Origin: Candidatus Bathyarchaeota archaeon | Lineage (GTDB): Archaea > Thermoproteota > Bathyarchaeia > 40CM-2-53-6 | Direction of reading: 5' to 3' | NCBI GenBank assembly: GCA_963726255.1 | Contig: CAVSBL010000002.1 | Location: forward strand, 2,176,001-2,240,000 | DNA: 64,000 nucleotides | Shown here: piece by piece, positions 9,652 through 18,714 of the stretch | How positions within the stretch are numbered: position 1 is the stretch's first letter | How the letters are laid out: each line of letters starts with the position of its first letter | The notes under the pieces: model-generated | The model's database searches: none | What the model saw: only the letters and a program-made list of their open reading frames with translations | Told to the model about the DNA's origin: nothing | Program-made: the position numbers and the translations under genes

Positions 9652-9880
9652 GAAACGTCCCTAACTGATTTTTCATGATTTTACTTAAAGCAGTTTGCAT
9701 GTCAACGAGTGGTCTAACAATTGACATTGTTTTTCTGCTGAATGGGCTTCCGTGTCTCCTAACTGGCTCGATGAGGTATCGACGGGGTTTCGCAGGTTAG
9801 ATGATGCCTTGAAAGGTCATCCTACGAGCCACGATTTGATACAGTTTTATACGGCGGCAACCCGCATTGCCGTTAACGTT

Positions 9881-10009
9881 GCGGCCGTAGTCTAGCCTGG
9901 TCTAGGACGGGAACAGCAGTAGTCTGCTGACGTAAGCCTGCCACGCTTCTGATCGCCCCTTAACACGGGGCGAGAAGACGCCCGGGTTCAAATCCCGGCG
10001 GCCGCACCA
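9881..10009 (+). tRNA. tRNA-Gly(GCC) with two introns (29/30: 9913-9935; 45/46: 9952-9979), CCA encoded
   Basis: Acceptor GCGGCCG/CGGCCGC, anticodon loop CTGCCAC, T-arm CCGGG-TTCAAAT-CCCGG. Introns form CAGCAG/CTGCTG and TCGCCCC/GGGGCGA hairpins with 3-nt bulges. Confidence 0.92.
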
Positions 10010-10223
10010 CAGACACTTCATTCACTAGGGAGCAGGAGTCCGTGGCAATGCGACGTGTATTTTGTGGTCTAGGGTTGGGAATACGATTCTTGACTACGCT
10101 TCGTAGTTGCCCATCCTACGCGTAGCTCACGAACGACCATATGGAACATCATTGTGCCGATTACGAAACGCTGATATACCGACCTTCATGCCATAAGGGA
10201 ACTAGGAAAAATGGTGGAAATAA

Positions 10224-11147
10224 ATGCAAAAAACACGTAACCGACAACTCGCATTAGCAGTCCTTCTCCTCGTCGTCTCACTACTCGCAGTTCAGCCAGG
10301 AACAATCTTTGCAGACCAGCACGCACAACAGCAAGGCACATTCTCGATCAACGCAACAGGTCAAGCAACTCCTATCGGAAACGGTAACGGAAACGGGAAT
10401 GGCAACGACAAAGGAAACGGTAAGAACAGCAACGCTCCGAGCAGCGCATCGCTGACATTGACAGGTAACGTCGCATCCGATGGCGGCGACATGAAATTCA
10501 GCAGCCTTTCAGGTTCACTGCAAATCGGCAACAACAATTATCCTCTGTCGGGAGGACAGGGTGAAGGAAACAACAAGGGGTCATTGGAAATCAATACCAA
10601 CGCACAAGGCGGATCTGAACTAGTTCTGCACGGCAACATGCAGGGCGGCAACGTGGCTTTCACATCGCCTCAAAGCAAACTTGCTTCAATGTTCTTCCTC
10701 TCCCTCCAAGGCCAAGCGAGCATGAACCTCAACCAAGTAAACACGCCCAGCACCAGCAGCTCAAGTTCAACGTCCAGTAGTTCGTCTAGCAGCTCGAGCA
10801 CAAATGCTACGTCCACACCGACCGTCACTCAAACTGTTACAGAGACAACGACACAAACGGTCAACAACGGCACCACGACTATACTGTCCAACAATGCGAC
10901 CACAACGACCGTCACCAACAACCAGACAGTCACCGAAACTGTTACTCAGCCGCCGAACGTTACTGTAACGACGACTCAGTTAAACAACCAAACAATCACA
11001 ATCACGTTAACGACCACAAGCGGTAACTCAACGATAACGGAGACAGCGACCACGACGGTCGCGAATAGCACAATTACTGAGACAACGACCACCACAATTG
11101 CAAATACAACCATAACGGTCACGAATACAACCGCAACAACTACATAA
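10224..11147 (+). CDS. Secreted low-complexity protein (GN repeat, poly-Ser, long Thr-rich tail)
   Basis: Signal peptide; GNGNGNGNGN; Ser run; about 110 aa Thr-rich C-terminus; followed by a T-run. Confidence 0.75.
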   Translation: MQKTRNRQLALAVLLLVVSLLAVQPGTIFADQHAQQQGTFSINATGQATPIGNGNGNGNGNDKGNGKNSNAPSSASLTLTGNVASDGGDMKFSSLSGSLQIGNNNYPLSGGQGEGNNKGSLEINTNAQGGSELVLHGNMQGGNVAFTSPQSKLASMFFLSLQGQASMNLNQVNTPSTSSSSSTSSSSSSSSSTNATSTPTVTQTVTETTTQTVNNGTTTILSNNATTTTVTNNQTVTETVTQPPNVTVTTTQLNNQTITITLTTTSGNSTITETATTTVANSTITETTTTTIANTTITVTNTTATTT

Positions 11148-11170
11148 CCACTCCCCCACTCCTTTTTTTC
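11148..11170 (+). terminator. Probable archaeal pyrimidine/oligo-T terminator
   Basis: CCACTCCCCCACTCCTTTTTTTC directly after the stop codon. Confidence 0.5.
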
Positions 11171-11361
11171 TGGCCCACCGGATCATCGCTACCTGAGAGG
11201 CAACTCAAGCAATTCCCACAGAACTGCTGGAAGCGTTCAATAGAATCCAAAACCATAACTTCTCCACCTCCCGTGCCTCATTAAGGAAATTAGTATCCCA
11301 TTTTGGGCAATGACTAAGAGGCCAAGTGCGCGCTTAGATACCGAATAGGCGGTGAATCGCC

Positions 11362-11559
11362 ATTAGGTGCCCTTACTGTGCTCTACCGATGGATTTTGTG
11401 GGCAGGTACATAGTCGACGTGCGATTGGAAAGCGCGGCCCCTTCACATCTGAGAGATTTCGAGGCCTGGCGGTGTGATAAGTGCGGAAAGCTTTTCGTGG
11501 ACTCTGGCGACGGGCAGCCTCATCAAACGGAGGGGCTGCCTAAAGATGTCCTACCCTAG
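11362..11559 (+). CDS. Zinc-ribbon microprotein (65 aa, CPYC...CDKC), probable ATT start
   Basis: (M)RCPYCALPMDFVGRYIVDVRLESAAPSHLRDFEAWRCDKCGKLFVDSG...; RBS GGCGGTGA 6 nt upstream; not in ORF track. Confidence 0.65.
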   Translation: MRCPYCALPMDFVGRYIVDVRLESAAPSHLRDFEAWRCDKCGKLFVDSGDGQPHQTEGLPKDVLP

Positions 11560-11933
11560 TCGCCACGGAATTTGTCCGCTAACGACTTCAATTCTCCGTG
11601 GTCTAACACTTGGATTTTGGTTTCTAGCCTAATGTCTAGACCAATCTGGCGAAGTAACCCGTATAGTTGTTCGCCGGTGATCTTGCCCTTCACTCGGCCA
11701 ATTCGGACAAGTTCAGCTAACTCTCGGAAGATCTGGTCCGCTATACTTGGGTACTGCTGCCTTGTCGCATGGTATACTTCCCAAGCGCGCCCCACGAATA
11801 CTTTCTCGAGAATCTTAGTAGGCTCAATTTTTCCTGCCGTGGCTTGGGATTGTTCCTGCCTTGCATTCAGCCTTTTCTGCATCTCCGCTAATCGTTGGCG
11901 TTTGAGTCGCTCAAGTTCCGAATCGTTGCTCAT
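11556..11933 (-). CDS. PDCD5/TFAR19-related double-stranded DNA-binding protein (paralog)
   Basis: DSELERLKRQRLAEMQ N-terminus; GKITGEQLYGLL. Confidence 0.7.
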   Translation of the reverse strand: MSNDSELERLKRQRLAEMQKRLNARQEQSQATAGKIEPTKILEKVFVGRAWEVYHATRQQYPSIADQIFRELAELVRIGRVKGKITGEQLYGLLRQIGLDIRLETKIQVLDHGELKSLADKFRGD

Positions 11934-11940
11934 TCTTGTG

Positions 11941-12669
11941 TCACTTTTGGTTTGTAGGGTTGATGCGGTTTTGGGTGAGCCCTAATGCCCATTCGAAGTC
12001 ATAAACAAAACGCCCTGCTACGACCCACGCGTCAAGCGGGCGTCGGTCCACGGAGAAGAGCTCACCAATTGATTGCCTCGTTTCCCCGGTGAAGTGCCCC
12101 CTTGGAAATGCGCCGATTAAGGCTAAGAGGTCTTTGATTTTGCTTGCTTGCTCGGCAATAGTCTTCATCAACGTGGGCTTGCCCAGCGTACTGAATCCGA
12201 TGACCTTGTCCGGCGCCAACTTACCGACGAGCCCGAGCAAGTTACCTTTGTCGAGGCTTAGCAGTGCCTCACCTTCCCTAGGGACCCTATTCTGGGTATA
12301 GAGCTGCTCAATCAACCCAACGAAACGCAGGTAGTTCTTTGGGAGACGAACCTTTGGATTGATAGTGATGACGCGATCATCCTGCGTGTGCACAAGCACG
12401 CGAAGGTGCCCCTCCCAATTCAGCGGTGTTTCAAGCACTTGGAGGAGCGTGTTGTGAACGATGTCAGGCCTACCCATCTTCTCGACTGGAATCGGATACC
12501 GGAGCTGAGCAAGCCTACGCATAGCCGTATTATGGAACGCCCTATCCAGTAGAACTTCACCCGCTCCCTTTCCCCTTCGCTCAGCGAATCTTTTGATCTG
12601 GGGATGGGACTGTATCTGCCGGGGGACAAGCTGTAACGCCGATTCTACCAGTACCAGTGTCAATACCAT
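11941..12669 (-). CDS. nep1: 16S rRNA pseudouridine N1-methyltransferase Nep1
   Basis: LVESALQLVP, LLD..FH, GRPDIVH, RLPKNY.RFVGL.EQL, IGAFPRG. Confidence 0.92.
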   Translation of the reverse strand: MVLTLVLVESALQLVPRQIQSHPQIKRFAERRGKGAGEVLLDRAFHNTAMRRLAQLRYPIPVEKMGRPDIVHNTLLQVLETPLNWEGHLRVLVHTQDDRVITINPKVRLPKNYLRFVGLIEQLYTQNRVPREGEALLSLDKGNLLGLVGKLAPDKVIGFSTLGKPTLMKTIAEQASKIKDLLALIGAFPRGHFTGETRQSIGELFSVDRRPLDAWVVAGRFVYDFEWALGLTQNRINPTNQK

Positions 12670-12750
12670 ATGGACGTCAAAGCCGTTGCCGCAGCGCCGC
12701 CACAAAAAGGTTACAAGACCATTCCCTAACCTCCTAACGCGGTCGGCCTT

Positions 12751-13089
12751 TTGGCTTGGAGAAAGAGCGGAAGCGTCAAGGAGATTGCGCGCGAGCGAAT
12801 TAGGATACTTCTCGCGCTTGCGAAGAAAGCTTTTCCAACGGATCGGGTGCTATCGAAAAGGTACGTGGAGCTCGCTAGTAGGATTGGAATGAAAGCCGGC
12901 GTTCGGCTACCCAGGGAGGAGAAACTTTTCATCTGTAAGCGATGTGGAACCCTTCTTGTCCCGGGAGCCAACTGCCGAGTCCGAACACGCGCAGAGTTTG
13001 GGACAACGGTGTTAATTACCTGTTTGGAATGTGGAACAAAGAAACGGTACCCTACAGTGAGGGAACGGCTTTCGAAAAGAAGCAAATGA
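12751..13089 (+). CDS. rnp4: RNase P protein subunit Rpp21
   Basis: IARERI..L, ICKRC...CLECG zinc ribbon. Confidence 0.92.
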   Translation: MAWRKSGSVKEIARERIRILLALAKKAFPTDRVLSKRYVELASRIGMKAGVRLPREEKLFICKRCGTLLVPGANCRVRTRAEFGTTVLITCLECGTKKRYPTVRERLSKRSK

Positions 13090-13364
13090 GACGTCTGCAA
13101 TCCAGGTCTCGGAGAACAGACGCAACAATTTGGATTGGAAAAGAAGGGCCATCACAGGAACTCTTGAAACACGTCACGAACCAGCTCAGGACCCTCGAGA
13201 TGGTCAAAGTCAAGGTTCAAAAGTCCGCTTTAGCAGAGACTGAAACCGCTCTTCTTGCAGAAAAGGTAGCATCTTCAACAGGTTCAACTCTCATAGAGGT
13301 AATGGGCCACACATTCACACTCTACAAACGCCGAGAAGTAACTCGACCCGAAAGAAAGCGCTGA
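13086..13364 (+). CDS. yhbY: YhbY/CRM-domain RNA-binding protein
   Basis: IWIGKEG, EMVKVK, GHTFTLYK; ATG at 13086 overlaps the rnp4 stop. Confidence 0.85.
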   Translation: MRRLQSRSRRTDATIWIGKEGPSQELLKHVTNQLRTLEMVKVKVQKSALAETETALLAEKVASSTGSTLIEVMGHTFTLYKRREVTRPERKR

Positions 13365-13453
13365 GAAGTAATTACAGGCAATGGTCGTCAAACTAGATTT
13401 ATATGGCGCTCTCCGGTTGTAACGTGAAGATTCCAACACCGGGATGAATCTCA

Positions 13454-13897
13454 ATGCCAACGCCACTGGATATTCCTTCAGATACACTAATCGACAATCT
13501 GTCGAAATTTCTGAAGGAGAATGTGGGTGAGGTCGCTCCGCCAGCTTGGGCATTAACCGCTAAAACCGGTTCTCATCGAGAGCGTCCCCCTGCAAATCCG
13601 GATTGGTGGTACAATCGTTGCGCTTCTCTACTACGAAAGCTGTACCTACATGGTCCTGTAGGGATAGCTCGCCTACGGGTAGAATATGGGGGCCGCTTGC
13701 GTCATGGGACTCACATCGAACATTCCAGAGTCGCTGGGGGCTCAGCTATCAGGGAACCGCTTCAGCAGCTTCAGAAGGCCGGTTTCATCGCCGTTGAGGC
13801 CAAAAAGGGCAGGAGGCTAACGCCCGAAGGAGTAGCCCTCCTCAACCGAGTGACCGCCGACGTTCTGAAGGGTGCCAAGAAGGCGGAAGGCCAGTGA
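13454..13897 (+). CDS. rps19e: 30S ribosomal protein S19e
   Basis: PPAWA..AKTG.HRERPP...DWWY.R.AS.LRKLY..GPVG. Confidence 0.96.
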   Translation: MPTPLDIPSDTLIDNLSKFLKENVGEVAPPAWALTAKTGSHRERPPANPDWWYNRCASLLRKLYLHGPVGIARLRVEYGGRLRHGTHIEHSRVAGGSAIREPLQQLQKAGFIAVEAKKGRRLTPEGVALLNRVTADVLKGAKKAEGQ

Positions 13898-14247
13898 TGA
13901 TGAGCGAAGATGAAGAGTACTCTGACGAGGAACTTGAAGAGATAAGGCGAAGGAGATACTCAGACCTTCAACGCGCTGCAGTGGATGAACAGAGGCAAGC
14001 AGAGACTCGCAGGCAATTCGACGCCCAAAAACAAGCCGCACTCAAACTAATACTAACGCCCGAGGCAAGGCAAAGATTGACAAATATCCGAATGGTGAAA
14101 CCAGAGTTCGCAGACCAAATTGAACTACAACTAATTCAACTTGCTCAGTCAGGGAGAATCAAGGTTCCAATAAGTGATGAGCAATTGAAGGAAGCGCTCG
14201 CTCGATTACAATCGGGACGAAAGGAGATTCGAATTAGGAGGGCTTAA
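13894..14247 (+). CDS. PDCD5-family DNA-binding protein
   Basis: ELEEIRRRR, LTPEARQRL.NIRMVKPE; conserved position after rps19e. Confidence 0.92.
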   Translation: MMMSEDEEYSDEELEEIRRRRYSDLQRAAVDEQRQAETRRQFDAQKQAALKLILTPEARQRLTNIRMVKPEFADQIELQLIQLAQSGRIKVPISDEQLKEALARLQSGRKEIRIRRA

Positions 14248-14250
14248 TTC

Positions 14251-14406
14251 ATGGCACGAAACAAACCGACCGCACGAAAACGTAGACTCGCCAGCGCGCT
14301 GAAGACAAGAAAACCCGTCCCAACGTGGGTGATGGCAAAAACCTCCGGGCACACTAGGACTCATCCGAAGAAGCGCCAATGGCGGAGAACGAAACTGAAA
14401 GCATAG
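14251..14406 (+). CDS. rpl39e: 50S ribosomal protein L39e
   Basis: [51 protein letters not shown]; below ORF-track cutoff. Confidence 0.95.
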   Translation: MARNKPTARKRRLASALKTRKPVPTWVMAKTSGHTRTHPKKRQWRRTKLKA

Positions 14407-14421
14407 GGGAGATGATTTAGA

Positions 14422-14847
14422 TTGAGCGAAGCTGAAACGAAAGAGGAAGAAGTTGTAGAGTCTGAGGAAGAGAAGCTCGAAGAGACTGCCAGCGAAAGCC
14501 CTCAGCCCGTAGAAGAAGAGAAGACCGAAGTAGAGACTGCCCCCGCTGCTGAAGCGGAGGAGGCTGAAGGCGAAGAAGAGATAGAAGTAGTCGAAGAAAA
14601 AATCTACACTATTCCGCTTCGGCACGTATGGGTGGTGACACCTCGCGGCAAAAGGGCACCACGGGCGGTGAGAGATGTGAGGGATTTTGTTGCACGACAC
14701 ATGAAGGCGGAGGAAGTGGCGATCAGCAACGAAGTGAACGCCGCGCTGTGGGCTCGAAGCATCAACAAACCACCCAGGAAGATTACAGTTCGCGCTGTCA
14801 AGGATAAGGAAGGGAAAGTAATAGTCTACCCCTCAAAAGCCGCTTAG
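14422..14847 (+). CDS. rpl31e: 50S ribosomal protein L31e with long acidic N-terminal extension
   Basis: EKIYTIPLR...KRAPRA...V.RHMK...LWARS...PPRKITV. Confidence 0.93.
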   Translation: MSEAETKEEEVVESEEEKLEETASESPQPVEEEKTEVETAPAAEAEEAEGEEEIEVVEEKIYTIPLRHVWVVTPRGKRAPRAVRDVRDFVARHMKAEEVAISNEVNAALWARSINKPPRKITVRAVKDKEGKVIVYPSKAA

Positions 14848-14889
14848 ACCCGTTTTGTTTCGCTTACCTGAGATGATGGGAATCTAGGA

Positions 14890-15552
14890 ATGGCCATCAT
14901 CCTCGCCGATGTCTTCGGCAGCCCGAATATCGGCGTATACTGTTTCTGCAACGAGAGATTAGCCATAGTGCCGCCGGGGCTGACGAACCGTAAGATCAAT
15001 CAGTTCGCAGAAACCCTCGGGGTTAACGTGTGCAAGACCACGATTGGAGGTTCCACATTAGTTGGGGCGCTCGTGACCGGGAACTCTAACTGTGTATTAG
15101 TTCCGCACATAATCCGAGAATATGAACTGGAAAGAATCCGGAAAGAGTTCCTGAAGGTGGTTGTAGTTGAATCGAAGTGGACAGCGTTGGGGAACGTTGT
15201 CTTGGCTAATGACCTAGGTGCGGTCGTTCACTCGGAAGCGCCTAGGGATATCGTTGAAGCCGTAAATGATGAGCTGGAAGTGAAACCTGTGTTTGGCAAC
15301 ATAGCGAAATTGCCCTTCGTCGGAGCATTGGGCATCGCTACGAACAAGGGCGCAATAGTCAGCCCGCACGCCTTGGAAGAGGAGCAGGCCATACTAGAAT
15401 CTGCATTGCATGTGACTGTTGAACCGAGTTCGACCAACGGTGGCGTACCTTTTGTTAAATCAGGGATACTTGCGAATTCAAAGGGCGCCGTAGTAGGCCC
15501 GCTGACTCGCGGCGCCGAACTGATGCAGATTAGCCGTACGCTAGGGGTCTAG
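14890..15552 (+). CDS. eif6: Translation initiation factor aIF-6
   Basis: GSPNIGVY, ALGNVVLAND, TNGG.PFV.SG..ANS.G. Confidence 0.95.
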   Translation: MAIILADVFGSPNIGVYCFCNERLAIVPPGLTNRKINQFAETLGVNVCKTTIGGSTLVGALVTGNSNCVLVPHIIREYELERIRKEFLKVVVVESKWTALGNVVLANDLGAVVHSEAPRDIVEAVNDELEVKPVFGNIAKLPFVGALGIATNKGAIVSPHALEEEQAILESALHVTVEPSSTNGGVPFVKSGILANSKGAVVGPLTRGAELMQISRTLGV

Positions 15553-15589
15553 TGAATAGTCGACAATGCTTGTGTAAAACCTCGTTCGG

Positions 15590-16081
15590 TTACGCAGCTT
15601 TCTGGAATAGTTGATCCCACTTTCCTTGGTCCAGTTCTTTCTGGACCTCGCGTGGGTCTTTTCCTTCGATTGTGATTCCGAGGCTAACGCAGGTTCCCAT
15701 GACCTCCTTCGCGGTCGTCCTGACGGATTTTGCGTAGCTACTGGGCATCTTCATCGCAGCTATTTTGGCTACTTGGTCCATCGTGAGGTTTCCTACTTTC
15801 TCGGCCTTGGGGTTGCCTGAACCTTTCGGAATCCCAAGTTCTTTCACGATCAGGGCTGATGTAGTAGGCGTTCCAATTTCGACTTCGAATTCCTTTGTGT
15901 CAACGTCTACGACAACGCGGACGGGCACTTTCATGCCCGCGTATGCCTTTGTCAATTCATTGATCTTGTTAACGATCTGGAGGACGTTGACTCCGAGGGG
16001 TCCTAAGGCTGGTCCTAGCGGTGGACCGGCGTTGGCTTCGCCACCGCTCAGTAATGCTTCAACTTGCTTCTTGTCGCCCAA
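15590..16081 (-). CDS. rpl11: 50S ribosomal protein L11
   Basis: GG.A..GPPLGPALGPLGVN, GTCVSLG. Confidence 0.96.
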   Translation of the reverse strand: MGDKKQVEALLSGGEANAGPPLGPALGPLGVNVLQIVNKINELTKAYAGMKVPVRVVVDVDTKEFEVEIGTPTTSALIVKELGIPKGSGNPKAEKVGNLTMDQVAKIAAMKMPSSYAKSVRTTAKEVMGTCVSLGITIEGKDPREVQKELDQGKWDQLFQKAA

Positions 16082-16553
16082 CCTCAGTCACACTGCCTCT
16101 GCTAACGAGTTTAACGTAATCCGCGTGCACGGTGATCGGAAGTGTCGCGAAGCCCTCTTCCAAGAGTTCTATGGTTACTTCTTCCTTAAGCTTGTCAACG
16201 TTCGTGATTCTCGCCTTCAACCCTCGGAAAGGTCCACTAATCACTTCAACCGAATCTCCACTCCGAAGGTCTTCGATCACAGGCTTACTAACAATGAAAC
16301 GCTCAAGGGCCTCGGCTGATATGACGCCTTTCGTACGTGCTCGAGCGTGGCGAACTCCCGCTATCAAGTCGTCTACGTAATGAGGCCCTGTTGATTCGAC
16401 AAATATGTATCCCTTGACCACGTCCGGCGCCAACACGCTGGCGATGGGTAGCTTCTTCAATGCTATTCTAGATGATAAGAGGTCCACAACGGTCCTTTCT
16501 TGGCCACTTGTTGTGCGGACAGCGTAAATGAGCATCTTGTGTTCGGTGCTCAT
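16059..16553 (-). CDS. spt5: Transcription elongation factor Spt5 (NusG)
   Basis: YAVRTTSGQE, KGYIFVE, KOW motif GDSVEVISGPFRG. Confidence 0.95.
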   Translation of the reverse strand: MSTEHKMLIYAVRTTSGQERTVVDLLSSRIALKKLPIASVLAPDVVKGYIFVESTGPHYVDDLIAGVRHARARTKGVISAEALERFIVSKPVIEDLRSGDSVEVISGPFRGLKARITNVDKLKEEVTIELLEEGFATLPITVHADYVKLVSRGSVTEVGRQEAS

Positions 16554-16762
16554 TACGTCGTGGCTCCGGTAGCGGTGCCGGTTTGCGTCTGGGGAAGTAG
16601 GTTGAAGAACAGGAAGAGTACTCGAATTACGAACCCAAGGGAACCCACAATGGCTACTCCAAGGAAACTGATTTTCACCATCAGCGAGATCTCATCTCGT
16701 GAGGGTTTCGTTGTGACGTGAATGAGTCTTCTTGTTGAATCTAGGAATTCGCGTGCGTTCAT
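16553..16762 (-). CDS. secE: Protein translocase subunit SecE / Sec61-gamma
   Basis: RRLIHVTTKPSRDE + single TM (G..GFVI); conserved position before spt5. Confidence 0.9.
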   Translation of the reverse strand: MNAREFLDSTRRLIHVTTKPSRDEISLMVKISFLGVAIVGSLGFVIRVLFLFFNLLPQTQTGTATGATT

Positions 16763-16919
16763 ACCTTTTTTCCTTCTGGAATGGTTCGCGCTTGGAACGG
16801 TCGTTTGAAATGAAAAGCCCACTATTTTAACCTTTGAGAGGATCAAGGCGAATATTTTGTTTCTTTCTTACTTGTAGGTCGATTGAAACGAGTAAATTGA
16901 TTGGGTTCAATTCCTTAAA

Positions 16920-17738
16920 TCAAACACGAACAATCTCGATGTTCATCCGTTTCAGGGTTTCCAAGAGTTTTGATCGCTGGGCTCCGCGGACACCTTTCCA
17001 ATCGACAACGGCCGTGCGGCATCCTCCAAGAGTTCGCTCGAAAGCCATCCGCACTATTTCTTCATCGTAATCTTCGAAGAAGTACTTGGAAAGTATGTGG
17101 CCGAATGCGTACCCATCATTTCTAGTTGCAGTGCATTGTTTGTTGCAGTAATGCCCACCGCCGAAACCAACTGCTGTTTTCCCGCTTACTGGCGCAGTTG
17201 CTGCCTTCCATATCGCTTCGCTGACCGCTACCGCGGCGTGTCGGTCAGCCCACTCTTTTTCGGTGCTCCCTAATTCGATGAAAAGCGTGGGAACTCCTAG
17301 CCCGGTCGGCCCGTGGTGCGTAGCCTCTAATGTTACAACATAGTTCAATTTCAAAGCCTCCCGCGCATCATCCAAGGCCAACAGCGCCGCTCGTAATCGG
17401 GGCGGGTCAGCGAAGGAGAGATTCTTGGAGGTGCCTCCGAAATCAGAGCGAGCTGTGCAGTTGCCAGTCCAATGGGCTGTGAGGGCCGGTTCTCCACTTT
17501 CGCTGCGGTGCCTGGAGGCGAAGATAACAGCGTCGGGCCTTATGTTGACGCCTAGGTTTTCGGTGAATATTCCATCCGTCTCCACGAGCTTCAGATACGT
17601 ATCCCCGGCCTGGAATAGATCCGCCGAGGCGCCTGCAACTGGTTGAAAGCCTTTCAGCCTAGCTAATTCCTGTGCAATGTTCTGAGCTGCTACGTCGCGC
17701 TTGGAGGCAACGATGAGCACCGTCAACTCCAGAAGCAC
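16920..17738 (-). CDS. dtdA: D-aminoacyl-tRNA deacylase (DTD2)
   Basis: IFASRHRS, TAHWTGN, EATHHGP, FIELGS..EW, GFGGGHY. Confidence 0.92.
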   Translation of the reverse strand: MLLELTVLIVASKRDVAAQNIAQELARLKGFQPVAGASADLFQAGDTYLKLVETDGIFTENLGVNIRPDAVIFASRHRSESGEPALTAHWTGNCTARSDFGGTSKNLSFADPPRLRAALLALDDAREALKLNYVVTLEATHHGPTGLGVPTLFIELGSTEKEWADRHAAVAVSEAIWKAATAPVSGKTAVGFGGGHYCNKQCTATRNDGYAFGHILSKYFFEDYDEEIVRMAFERTLGGCRTAVVDWKGVRGAQRSKLLETLKRMNIEIVRV

Positions 17739-18643
17739 TAGCTGATAATTCTGCTGACCATTTGGTCAGGTTCGAAGGAAACTAAGTCCTCGTAGTTCTG
17801 CCCGACGGTGGCGAACAGGATCGGCTTGCCGATAATAGCAGCCATTGAGATTGCGCTGCCCCCTTTTGTGTCGGCATCTAGCTTAGTCAGCACCACGCCG
17901 TCAATATTGACTGCGTTCGCGAACGTTTTTCCTTGCTCGACTGCATCGTTACCTGTCATTGAGTCGACGACAAGGATTGTCAAGTTCGGTTTGGCTACGC
18001 GAGCTATTTTCTTCATTTCCTCTAAGAGGTTCTTGTTAGTCTGCATTCTTCCAGCAGTATCGACCAAGACGACGTTAATGCCATGCGCAGTCGCGTAGTT
18101 CGCGGCGTCGAATGCTACGGCGGCGGCGTCAGCGCCGTAGTCATGCTTAATGATCTTGATTCCGATCCGCCTAGCATGTTCCTCAATCTGTTCTATTGAA
18201 CCAGTTCGGTAGGTGTCGGCGGCGGCGACGACGACTGAGAACCCTTTTCGCAGCAGGAGATGGCCTATCTTGGCGATGGAGCTCGTCTTGCCCGTTCCGT
18301 TGACTCCGACGAAGAGTATTATTGCTGGTCTGTGCTGCTCCCTGGTTTCATTGAGAACCTTGTAGAATGATTCCTCGCCGCTTCCCTTCAGTAGGTCAAG
18401 CAAAACCTCTCGCAGCACTTCCTTAGCCGGTTCTGCCGAGTCGCTGAACCGCCGAAATTGAGTGGCCTTAATTTTCTCATGTAGATTGTCGCAAATCTGC
18501 TTTGCCACTGAGTAGGCAACGTCATTCTCGACTAGAACTAGCAGAAAATCATCGAGGATCTGTTCGATTGCCTTATCAGACAGTTCTTTCTGGGAAATCT
18601 TCTGAACTAGGCCGTTGACACCTGATTTCAGCTTCTCGAACAA
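17738..18643 (-). CDS. ftsY: Signal recognition particle receptor FtsY
   Basis: GVNGTGKT, DTYR, DTAGR, TKLD, GQNYEDL. Confidence 0.95.
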   Translation of the reverse strand: MFEKLKSGVNGLVQKISQKELSDKAIEQILDDFLLVLVENDVAYSVAKQICDNLHEKIKATQFRRFSDSAEPAKEVLREVLLDLLKGSGEESFYKVLNETREQHRPAIILFVGVNGTGKTSSIAKIGHLLLRKGFSVVVAAADTYRTGSIEQIEEHARRIGIKIIKHDYGADAAAVAFDAANYATAHGINVVLVDTAGRMQTNKNLLEEMKKIARVAKPNLTILVVDSMTGNDAVEQGKTFANAVNIDGVVLTKLDADTKGGSAISMAAIIGKPILFATVGQNYEDLVSFEPDQMVSRIIS

Positions 18644-18714
18644 GGTATTTCACTAATCGATGCAGAGGTGTGCCGCCAGACGGCTAGGCGGAATATGGGC
18701 TGACGGATGCCGTC

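Noticed and set aside
10090-10126. CTACG/CGTAG mini-hairpins sharing TTGACTACGC with the second tRNA-Phe intron junction
   Set aside because: A 10-nt match in 64 kb is not significant and there is no tRNA-like context.
10375-11147. Repetitive DNA suggesting a tandem repeat or CRISPR array
   Set aside because: Explained by GN, Ser and Thr codons with synonymous variation; no fixed repeat-spacer period.
13894-13925. GTGATGA...CTGA resembling a C/D box sRNA
   Set aside because: Boxes are too close for a two-guide sRNA and coincide with the start of the PDCD5 gene.
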